DNA of 64,000 bases from the human T2T-CHM13v2.0 reference genome, Homo sapiens: the NCBI RefSeq assembly GCF_009914755.1, contig NC_060925.1. One strand, 5' to 3'. Of this stretch, positions 53,774-64,000 are shown piece after piece. Position 1 is the stretch's first letter, and each line of letters opens with the position of its first letter. Below the pieces are notes generated by a model that was not told where the DNA came from, searched no databases, and saw only the letters and a list, made by a program, of their open reading frames with translations. The position numbers and the translations under genes were made by a program.

Positions 53774-55659
53774 CTCCCATGGTTATTAAAATAATTAAAT
53801 GGGATAACCTAAGTAAAGGCCTTAGTACATGCTGAACACTTGGTACTTGCTTATTGTTATTTCATTGAACATGTTATGCTCAACAAGTTATCTAGCTAAT
53901 ATATGCAAAGTTTTGCAAGGCCAGGCCAAAGGCACAGGTCTTAAAATTATAAAAGCTGAAGGAGTTGCAACCAAGAAAGGAAATAATTAGGGAAGAGAGA
54001 CTGGATCAGAAGCCAGGCAGCTAAGGGTACTGGCTTTTCAAATTGTGTTCTTTTGTTAAGACTAAAATTGGAAGACAGGAGAAGCAGGGCTTTTGGAATT
54101 GTGGATACCAAGCACCACTAAATGATTAAAGCAAAGTGCAGTGCTGGCTGGTGGCCGTGTGCTTGTTATCTTGGAAGTGCAACCCTTGTGTCCTGTATCT
54201 GATTCATTTTCAACAATTTTTTTTTTTTTTTTGTGGGTGGGGAAGAAAGAGGAGGGATGACAGAGAAAGGTTGGAAGATACACAGGAGAGATATTTGAGG
54301 GGAGGAGCAAATAGACTAATATTCTCAGTGCTTTTTAACTCATTGATTGCCAGGAGCCTGGGTGAGGCAAAGCATTGGTTTATTCAGCTTTTATTCAGCT
54401 CAGTGCCCTGTTGACAACACAATGTGTCTGAGTCACAGGGGGTCAAGTGACTGTAGCTTCTCTGATGAGTCACTGTCTTGTTTCCACTAATGTCTCCGTG
54501 GCTGGGGCCAATTTGTTTACTGAGAGAAAGCTACAGCTGTCTGCAGGTACAGACATTTGTACTCCAGAACTTACCAGCAGAGCCAAGCAGTGTGGATGTG
54601 AGGAGCTTTTGCACTCCTGGAAGGTCCTCACGGGTAACAGGCAGTGGGAGCTGCTTGATGTGATATGATGATGCTCTTTCCTTTGATTTGGTATCAAGAG
54701 AAGCAACTGTTTAGAATTAGAGCTCAGAGGATTGAGCAAGAGTTAGAAGGTGGGAACAGGACTAACATATATCACCCAGGAACCCAGTAAGACATATGGC
54801 ATATTCACAGTAGGCAATTGAAGGGTGCTGGGTAGAGAGACTATTCACAAGGGTGTGAGCAGGGTTCAGGGAAACCAGCAAGGGATGGTGCAGGGTCTCA
54901 GAGAAAGCAAGTGTGGGGAGCCATTACTTGGCTGAAGAAGCATGAGTGGGGAGAGTGGCTATTGGAGCACGGGGGAGTAGAAGTTGGAGAAAGTCACCTG
55001 AGAGGAGCAGTGGCCATCATCTTAAGGCCACAGTCAACTTACAGTGAACCAACAGGGATGGAGTCAGGGTTATACATACCCACTTCACTCTCCTCCCACT
55101 CTCCCATTGGAGACCCTTATATTGGCCACATCTTACTGAAAGCCAGAGAGAAGGGAGTTGTTGACGTTGGCCACGCAGGCCAGCTCCTGAGGAAGAGAGC
55201 AGGGTGGAGAAGCTGGAGAGTGGCTCTGGGGGGATGCAGAAAATATCTAGCACAAGTCACTAGCTAGACAAGCCAGTTACCTCATGTGGGTCTCAGTTTT
55301 AATCATCGGTGAAATGGGAAAATCACTCTACCTTTTTGGCAGTGTTGTGAGAGTGGAGTTAGATAAAAGGATTTGAAAGGCCCTGAAGCGCTCTGCAAAT
55401 GTTGAGTAAGAAGTTGCTCTATAGCTGCTACTTTTCACAGAGAAGGGAAATACTATGTTACTCAAGTAAATTCCTTCCCTCCTGGTTAGTTCACCACCCC
55501 TTCTTGAGATCTTACTTTCATGTAGCGCATACTGGATGCCAGGAGTGAGCATGGGGAACAAAGATGGGTGGGCTATAAAAAAATGTGATGACAGTTATAA
55601 GACATAGCCAATGCTCCGTCAATAGCCTATAATATAGTTACAAAGAAAGATATAAATAG

Positions 55660-55666
55660 GTGTGTA

Positions 55667-55701
<35 letters not shown>

Positions 55702-55705
55702 TATG
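55660..55705. repeat. (GT)n
   Basis: Directly visible. Confidence 0.9.
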
Positions 55706-57094
55706 TATTCCTATATCAATGTATGAAATGCATGGAAAGATATGAAGGTAATTATCTATCTGTGTAATCATCCATTCATCCATCCATCCATCTACACAAA
55801 GTAATGCAACCACATATGCAAAATGGAACAATACATATATAAATAATTAGAACTGGATAGGAACAATAAAAAAAGGGTGTTCAGAAGAATAGAGTTTTGC
55901 ATTGGAAATTAGGTCTTGAAGTGCCAACCTACTGACCTGTTGGGGATGTTATTGTCCATCCAGGTTTAGAAGTAGACTTTTAAAGAAAGAGAGTAAAGTA
56001 TTTAAATTTTTTGAGTTTATGTATTTGTTTATTATTCTTTTTATCTCCAATGCTTGGCACAGTATTCTAAAGGCCCTCAAGAAGTGTTTATTAAATGAAT
56101 CAGTTAACAAAAAAGGTATTTATGCTACTTTATTAAATGAGAGAAGAAAATACATATAATAACAACGCCTGCCTATAGCGTGGTCTCTATGAGAATTCTT
56201 CCAGTGCTGTTTGAAATACTGTACCACTGAGGCCAAAGAGGACACAGTGACTGAGCTTAGCATATGCTTTAGGTAAGTGATTTGTGTAAGATTAATGTGT
56301 GCATAGATGCAATCTCAAAATTTCAAGACAGAAAATGACTGCTTTTTGGAAGATGTTTATTAAGAGCCTATGGCATGCCAGACATGCATGTCCTACCCAT
56401 GCTTCTGGAGCTCAGTAGAAAGAGAAGTTGAGTGAGGGTGGTGATAGTTTCCTCATATGGTTGTCAGGTTATTGTAAAGCTTAAAAATAGTGTTCCTTTT
56501 CTGCCATGGGCTTGAAAACAAACAAACAAACAAAAACAAAACAAAACAAAAATAGTGTTTAGCACTCAAATACCTTTGCATAAGTATTAATAGTCTAGGA
56601 TTCAGGGTGTGGTAATGAAAGGGAAAGTTAAAGTAACACCATCTAAACGTTTCTAGGCAAATGTAAGTGGAAATGATACTGGTGTGGGACTATTCAGAAT
56701 CACTGCTGTGGATGCAGAAAGCACTGGCTCTGAGCCCATGGGGCACAGCCCAGAGAACAGAGCTCTGCAGCGAGGCCAATGCTTCTTGGTCTTTGGATAA
56801 GTTGATAACTCTTAGGAGCTCTTGGGATTGTCTGAAGGCTGTGGGGGGAAAAGCACAGCCTGCACCTACTATTAGCTCCCTGCAGAAGAAAGAAGAGAAC
56901 ATGGCCCATTCAAAGTCATGTTTTTTTCCAGCTCTGCTCTCTTCCCTAGTCTCCAGGCTGCAGGCATGCAAGGCTGAAATCAGGCTTCCAATGACCAAAG
57001 AAAAACTGTGCCACATCCCAACCTTAAAACAAGGCTGTCAAGCCCTGATCAAGGGCTGTGGATGATACAGGGTTTATATGTATAGATGGGCCCT

Positions 57095-57890
57095 CTCTGT
57101 TGATTGTTTAAATTCAGGTAACATTCACATAACACAGAATCATTTAAAAGTATACAATTCGGTGGCATTTAGTAAATTCACTGAGTTGTGCAACCATCAT
57201 CACTATCTAGCTCCAAGACATATTATTTTCGTCACCCCAAAAGGAAATGCAATATACATTAAGTAGTTGCTTCCCATTCTCCTCCCAATCCAATTTCTGG
57301 TAACCACCAATCTGATTTGTCTCTAGGGATTTATCTATTCTGGATGTTTCATATAAATTGAATAATACAAAATATGATCTTTTGTGTCTGTCTTTTTTCA
57401 CCTAGCATAATGTTTCCAAGGTTCATCCATGTTGTAACATGTTGGTGCTTCATCCGACACATTTTTTGGCTGAATAATATTCCACTGTGTGGATGTACCA
57501 CATTTTGTTTATCTTTTATCAGTTGATGGAAATTTGGGTTATTTCTACCTTATGGCTATTGTGAATAGTGCTGCTACAAATATTTGTGTACAAGATTTTT
57601 TTAAATACCTGTTTTCAATTACTTTGGGTATATACCTACAAGTGGAATTGCTAGGTCACATAATAATTCTAGTTTAACTTATTGAGGAGCCACCAACTGT
57701 TTTCCACAGTAACAGCACCATTTTACATTCCCACTAGCAATGTGTGATGGTCCTAATTTCTCCACATCTTTGCCAACATTTATTTCCCATTTAAAAAATT
57801 TTAGTTATCCTAGTGCATATGAAGTAGTTTCTCATTGTGATTTTGACTTGCTTTTCCTGGTGACTAATGATGTTGAACATCTTTTCATTC
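57095..57890 (-). mobile_element. L1MB 3' fragment
   Basis: Antisense L1 3' motifs (agcataatgtttccaaggttcatccatgttgta; cattcccactagcaatgtg). Confidence 0.85.
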
Positions 57891-60284
57891 CCTGTTGCAT
57901 TTTAACTCAACCAAACTATTTTAAATATGTATCTTTTTTTCTCTTGAGTAGATCTGTAGCAGGATTTAGATGGCATATTCTCACATGTATATTTTATTCA
58001 GCTCTCTTTGAGTCACATGGAGCAGGCTACCATTTGCAAATAGAGCCTAACAAACATTCCTAGGTGATGGTGTGGATATGGAAACAGATGAAGGACTTTC
58101 TCAGAGGCAATATTTATTAAAACTGTGCTATTAATGGAACATTTTTTTTTGCATTGAAGTTTTATTTTAAAATATGCCCTAGAAAGACAAATGGATCAAA
58201 TAGCAAACCCTCACTTGGTGGGCTTGAGCATTTCTTAAAGTGGAGCAACCAAAACCCATGGAAACTCTGAGTAATCTCTGATTTTTGGCAAGACTTCCAA
58301 CTTGTATTTAATGTTAAGATATCCCTCTATGCTTCACTTTTCATCAGTTCACATGTAGAGGATGATGAGCTCTTGCAAAGTCTTGTGGGAGACCCACAGA
58401 TAAACTTAATTATAGTGAGGTGTTGAGGATCTTTTCATGTGAGCCATCGATTTCAACATCTCTGGCTTGGACTGGATTTCTCCTTCACTTGGCCATCATC
58501 TCTTTCTGATGCACATTTCTTGAGGCAAATGGACAAGGTAATGTGTGTCCCATGTGAGCAGGAGAAAATTGAACATCCCAAGAATAGTCTCACATCACAG
58601 TTAGGTTTTTTATCTGCAAAAATAGATTTATACTAAAACAGAGAAACGTGGAAAATGATATGAAAATAGAAACCATACTGTGTGCTACCTTTCTTAATAA
58701 GTAGGCTAACTCTCTAGAATTGTTAAGTTTAGATGAGTTCAGAAACTATATAATTTAGCACCCATCTTCTCAACTGACCTGGCATTGGCCCAGGTATTGG
58801 AGTGATGTCTGCAATCAGGCTCTTCTTGGTAGTAATTTATTTTTCCTACTACTAGTAGTCAACCTCCCTTCCCTAATACTTAAAATTTCTTCTAATAATT
58901 AAAAACATTCTAAGATGTTTTAAATTGAGAGCTGAGACTAAATCTTTAGGAAATTAAAAAATTTCAGTGTCACTCTGAAGAATAATACTTCTCTCACCCT
59001 GCCAATCATACTCAGCTTTTCCTGAGCTGATCACCTAGTTAGTAGGGTCCTACCTGGGGTCCGTTTGTAGGCTTGGTGGCACATACCTGAATAAAAATTG
59101 TCAGAGTAACTGTTTTTCCTGGAGGTAAACTTATGTTAAAATGACTACTTGGTAGTGGGAGAAAACAGCTAAGAAGGGTTGATGATCTCCAGACGGAAGG
59201 TCATGAGAAGGTTCCTAAAATATGTTGTCTCCTTTCCACCATCTCCTGTTAGCAACATATAAGGTCAAACATTTTTTGCCACAGAAATAAATGAGGCCAA
59301 TAGATAGTCATTGGATAAATCTACTTTAGAAGTTTTAGATTTTTTTTTTTTACAGATGAGTTATAAGGTCTTTCCAAATGTGGCCATTATCTTTAGCAGT
59401 ACTAGAGATGTCTTTATTTCCTTTTCTTTGTAGTTTCTTACCTCTGTGTTTTCGTAAGTGAAAACTTCTGTGAGTTCGTAAGTGCCATCTGTAATCACAC
59501 TGATTTTGAGTTGTTAGAAACTGGTCTTGTGCATTCTGAGATAGATGCCATCAAAGGGCCAGGAAATATTAAGAATATATAGTGGGATCTCATTACTACA
59601 TTCTTATTTGGATATTATCTGTTTGACCGAAATGTTCTTTTTTTTTTTCCTTGTAGAATAGCCAGATAAATACAAGGTATTTTGTTTTATTTTGTATATT
59701 CCCTAAATCTGGCAACACTACCTCCTGAGCACTTAGCTAAACTATACTTCCCAGTGGATGTGGCCATGTGACTGAGTTCTACCAGTGAAATTTTTGTAGA
59801 TGTGATGGGCCACTTCTAAGACTGGCCCACAAAAACCTCCCATGTGTGCTCCTGCATGTTCTTTCCAATTGTGTTTGGTTAGGATGGAGAAAACTTCTAG
59901 GGTGACTTTGGAAGCTACATGTTGAAGAAAACAGAGGTTCTATTAGACTTGACTGCATGGAGGTAGACCTCCTCACCCTGTCCACGTTGCCTGTACTGTT
60001 ACGCGAGCAAAAGATAATTTTTTTATTGTTGTTGGGCTCTTGTACATTTTGGGATCTATTACACTTGTTGCATAAATGGCCTACTTAACCAATAAAGATA
60101 TGCAGTTGGTTAAGCCATTTTGTTGGTAAGTAAATTACTAGATTAGGAGAAAACTTAACATGGAACAGCTAACTTGATAATATGGGAATTATCCATAATT
60201 TCCAAAAGCAATGCTACAAAATTGTCTCACTAGGCTTCTATTGTGTAATAGATGACTCTGAAACTTATTGTTTTCTGAGGATTC

Positions 60285-60470
60285 CAAAAGGAGAGAGGTA
60301 GGGAGGGGAGAAAGGGTTGAAAATCTACTTATTGGGCACTATGTCAGCTACTTGGGCTATGGGATCATTAGAAGACCAAACCACAGCGTCATGCAATATA
60401 CCCAAATAACAAACTTGCACATGTACCCCCCCATTCCCCGAAACTAAAAGCTTTAAAACCTTTAAAAAAG
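60285..60470 (+). mobile_element. L1P 3' end fragment
   Basis: gggttgaaaatctacttattgggcactatg...aacaaacttgcacatgtacccc. Confidence 0.8.
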
Positions 60471-61004
60471 TGTTTTAAAACAACAACCATTTTATTATCT
60501 GTCTTAGGAATTTGGGAAGGACTCAGCTGAATGCTGATCAAGATATTTATTGTGCAGTTCAATTCAACAGGCGTTTAATGTGGAAGCCAATCTTTATAAT
60601 ATGTGCCGTGGAGGGAAGCCGCAAAGTAAGTGGCATAATTCTGGCCATCAAGAGGCTTACAATACTGCTAGACTTGCACACTTGAATAGGTACAAAATAA
60701 TACAGAACACATAGTTAAGATGTTAAAATCATTCCTTTAGCAAATATGTAAGCATCTACAATGTGGCAGGCATTCTACTAGGTGCTGGGTGTATAGCTGT
60801 GAACCAACCAAACAAACCAACAAGAAGTCTTACTTCGTGGAGCTTACTTTCAGGAGTCTGTGTGTCAAACAGGAAAAATACAACAACAACCAATAAAACA
60901 GTTAATTATATGGGATATTAGAAGATGATAAGTGCCATGAAGACAAGCAAAACAGGGAGAATAGAAAGTGTGTCCGACAGAGTGTAATTAAAACTATTTT
61001 TCTG

Positions 61005-61183
61005 AGTTTAGTTGTTTTTTTGTATTTTTGTTTTGTTTTGTTTTTTAGAGACTTGCTCTGTCACTCAGGCTGGAGTGCAGTTGCACAGTCTTTGTTCACT
61101 GCAGCCTCAAACTCCTGGGCTCAAGGGATCGTCCTGCCCAAGCCTCCAGAGTAGCTAGGACTACAGGCTTGAGCCACTGTAGC
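61005..61183 (-). mobile_element. Alu monomer (FRAM/AluJ right arm)
   Basis: On -: ggctacagtggctcaagcctgtagtcctagctac...gcaagtctct followed by (AAAAC)n tail. Confidence 0.85.
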
Positions 61184-61189
61184 CAACGG

Positions 61190-61631
61190 AATTCAGCTTT
61201 TTATTGAACATGTCGTAAAAGACCAAAGCTCTTGTCCTCAACATACTCCTCAGATTCTTTATTTGCTTCTGCTTTATTCTCCTTCGTTGAGGCAGTGGTG
61301 GTGGAGGGGGCAGGACCTCCTGCTGGTGCAGCACCAGCTGCTGGAGCAGGTCCACTGGCCCCTTCAGTGCAGATGAGGCTCCTGATGCAGACATTGACCA
61401 GGGCCTTTGCAAACAAGCCAGGCCAAAAAAATTTAACATTTACACCAGCTGCTTTAATGAGGTCATTGATCTTATCCTCCCTGACAGTCACTTCATCCTC
61501 ATACAGAATGAAGACCAAATAGATGCAGGCAAGCTGGGAGATTGAGGCCATGGTGTGGGCGAGCCCCTCACCCCCATGTGGACTTAGCTTCCTGGGAAGG
61601 GTGCAGAACCTTGGCGGCAGCAGAGGAGAGG
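61190..61631 (-). pseudogene. RPLP1P3: RPLP1 (60S acidic stalk protein P1) processed pseudogene; ORF 61551-61201 is open (116 aa)
   Basis: MASISQLACIY...EDKINDLIKAAGVNV..FWPGLFAKAL...GPAPAAGAAPAGGPAPST. Intronless, retains a 5'TOP-like leader and AATAAA (61200-61205). The P-number is recalled from locus order. Confidence 0.93.
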
Positions 61632-62758
61632 ACAATTTCAAGAACAGTGGTCAAATAAAATGTTCCTGAGAAAGTAACATTTGAGAAAAGACTTTAAAAG
61701 GAGGGGAGAGGATGAGCTTCATGACCATTGGAAAAAGAGCGTTTCAAGCAGAGGAAAGAACATGTGAGAAAACCCTCATGAAGAGATGTATTGGGTATTT
61801 TCAAGAAACAAGAAAGTCAGTATGGCTATAGCAAAGTGAGTGAAGGGCAGAATTCGAGGCAAAGTCAAAGTGGGAACAGGAGAGTGGGGAACAAATAGCA
61901 AAGGCTCTTTAGGTCTTTGTAAGGACTTACTCAGGCTTTTGGTCTGAGTCAGATGGGAAGTCATTGGAGAGCTTTGCGTAGAGGGGTTACAGGACAAGGA
62001 TTACTTTGGCTGTTGCACTGGGAATAGTAGGAGGGTAAGGATAAAATTAGGGAGGCCAGCTAGGAAGCCATGGTAATAATCTAGACAGTAAATGCTTGCT
62101 TAGACCAGGGCATAATAGAAGAAATGCTGAGAAGTAACCAGTTTTTGAAGGTAGAGTCAGTGGGATTTCTTGATGGACTGGATATACGGTGTGAGAAAAA
62201 GAGAAGTCAAGAATGACCATGCTTTTTGCTGGAGCAACTCAAAAGGTAGAGTTTTCATTAATTGGGATAGGTCAGAGAAATGACAGATCAAATGCTGACT
62301 AGAAAAATAGCATGTTTGAATGCTGTTGGAATGATCCAACAGAGAGGAAAAAATTAACGATGCAGTAAAGAAGAGAGAATATCTGTAATCAAATAATGAA
62401 AGTAGAATCTAGTGCATATATGGAGATAGTCATAGGCAGAGATTTGGATGGTCCATCTACAGAAGCACTAGGGAAGGAAGAGTATATGGTACATAAGCTG
62501 GTGAGTTTGCATTGAGATAATGGGAACTGGCAGAATTTCTCTTTTGATTGTTTCTATTTTCTCAGTGAAATATGATACAATTTGTCATTTGAGAATAAGG
62601 ATGTGGGAAGAAGCATGGGAGGTCTCAGGAGAGAGGAGAGAAGTATGAAATTGTCATCTAGAAGGGTAAGAAAGTGAATGAACCATGGAAAGGCAGTAGT
62701 ATTACTGGGTTCATTTGAGATTCAAAGTCATTAATGAAAAATGATTCCTGTCAGCATG

Positions 62759-63110
62759 CATATTAGTCCATTCTCACACTGCTATGAAGAAATACCCAAG
62801 ACTGGGTAATTTATAAAGAAAAGAGGTTTAATTGACTTACAGTTCCACATGGCTGGGGAGGCCTCAGGAAACTTACAATATGGTGGAAGGCACCTCTTCA
62901 CAGGATGGCACAAGAGAGAATGAGTGCAAGCAGGGGAAATTCCAGATGCTTATAAAACCATCAGATCTCATGACACTTACTCACTATCATGAGAACAGCA
63001 TGGGGGAAACTGCCCCATGATCCAATTACCTCCACCTGGTCCCACCCTTGACACATGGGGATTATAATGCAAGGTGAGATTTGGGTGGGGAACAGAGCCA
63101 AATCATATTA
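62759..63110 (-). mobile_element. THE1C-type MaLR 3' LTR
   Basis: tattagtccattctcacactgctatgaagaaatacccaagactggg...gagccaaatcatatta. Confidence 0.85.
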
Positions 63111-64000
63111 TTCTGCCCCTGGCCTCTCCCAAATCTCATGTTCTCACATTTCAAAACACAATCATGCCCTTCCAACAGTCCCCCAAAGTCTTAACTCATT
63201 ACAGCATTAACCCAAAAGTCCAAGTCCAAAGTCTCCTCTGAGTCAAGGCAAGTCCCTTTCATCTATGAGCCCATAAAATCAAAAGCAAGTTAGTTACTTC
63301 CTAGGTACAATGAGGGTACCAGCATTGGGTAAATACACCCATTCCAAACGGGATAAATTGGCCAAAACAAAGGGTCTATAGGCCCCATGCATTTCCAAAA
63401 TCCAATAGGGCAGTCATTAAACCTTAAAGTTCCAAAATGATCTCCTTTGACTCCATGTCTCACATCCAGGATGCAAGAGGTAGGCTCTGATGGCCTTGGG
63501 CAGCTCTGCCTCTGTGGCTTTGCAGGGTACAGCCTCCCTCCAGGTTGCTTTCAAGGTCTGGTGTTGAGTGTCTGCAGCTTTTCCAGGCCCACAGTGCAAG
63601 ATGTTGGTGGATCTACCGTTCTGGTGTCTGGAGGATGGTGACCCTCTTCTCACAGCTTCACTAGGTAGTGCCCCAGTGGGGACTCTGTGTGGGGGTTCCC
63701 ACCCCTCATTTCCCTTCTGCACTGCCTTAGCAGAGGTTCTCCATGAGGGCTACACCCCTGCAGCAAACTTCTGCCTGGACATCCAGGCATTTCCATGTAT
63801 CCTCTGAAATCTAGGTGGAGGTTCTTAAACCTCAATTCTTGACTTCTCTGCATCCACAGGCTCAACACCACATAGAAGCCACCAAGTCTTGGGGTTTGCA
63901 TCCTTTGAGGCAATGGCCTGAGCTGTACCTTGGCCTGTCTTAGCCATGGCTGGAGCTGAAGCAGTTGGGACACTGGGCACCATGTCCTGAGGCTGCACAG
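63111..64000 (-). mobile_element. THE1 internal sequence continuing off the right edge
   Basis: Polypurine tract complement ttctgcccctggcc abuts the LTR; typical MaLR internal sequence. Confidence 0.85.

Larger units (their letters stand above)
60720..62750 (-). mobile_element. Old L2 element, interrupted by the RPLP1 pseudogene/Alu monomer insertion
   Basis: L2 3' motifs (agcatctacaatgtggcaggcattctactaggtgctggg; gtaaggact..ggcttt..tctgagtcagatgggaagtcattggag). Confidence 0.65.

Noticed and set aside
56667-57065. 132-aa ORF in unique sequence
   Set aside because: GTG start, no recognisable domain, no splice or promoter context; length is compatible with chance.
63417-63973. ORFs in the THE1 internal region
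   Set aside because: Decayed MaLR internal ORF fragments.

Overview
Human (primate) genomic DNA, repeat-rich, not prokaryotic. The window contains the complete 8-exon METTL13 (EEF1AKNMT/FEAT) gene on the + strand. I reconstructed it from GT-AG junctions: CDS 18442-18594, 20214-20973, 22353-22552, 24209-24404, 26926-27090, 28491-28709, 30870-31001, 32956-33230, totalling 2100 nt (699 aa + stop). It has a CpG-island/double-CCAAT promoter, a uORF-rich leader and two poly(A) signals. From prior knowledge this is the 1q24.3 interval between VAMP4 and DNM3; I recognise no exon of either gene here. Also present: a decayed RPS15 processed pseudogene (+), an RPLP1 processed pseudogene (-) whose reading frame is still open, a Y3 RNA retrocopy split by an Alu, the 5' LTR and tRNA-Ile primer site of an ERV1 provirus at the left edge, a THE1 MaLR at the right edge, and many Alu/L1/L2/MIR/MaLR/MER elements. 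I found no convincing new multi-gene system. The most unusual unexplained structures are: a ~146-bp dispersed duplication flanking a CTCF-like motif, a nested direct/inverted repeat patch next to the RPS15 pseudogene, a shared aberrant 61-nt tract in two Alus 49 kb apart, candidate poison exons and uORFs in METTL13, and an RPLP1-Alu monomer fusion. Repeat subfamily names and boundaries were assigned by eye and are approximate.
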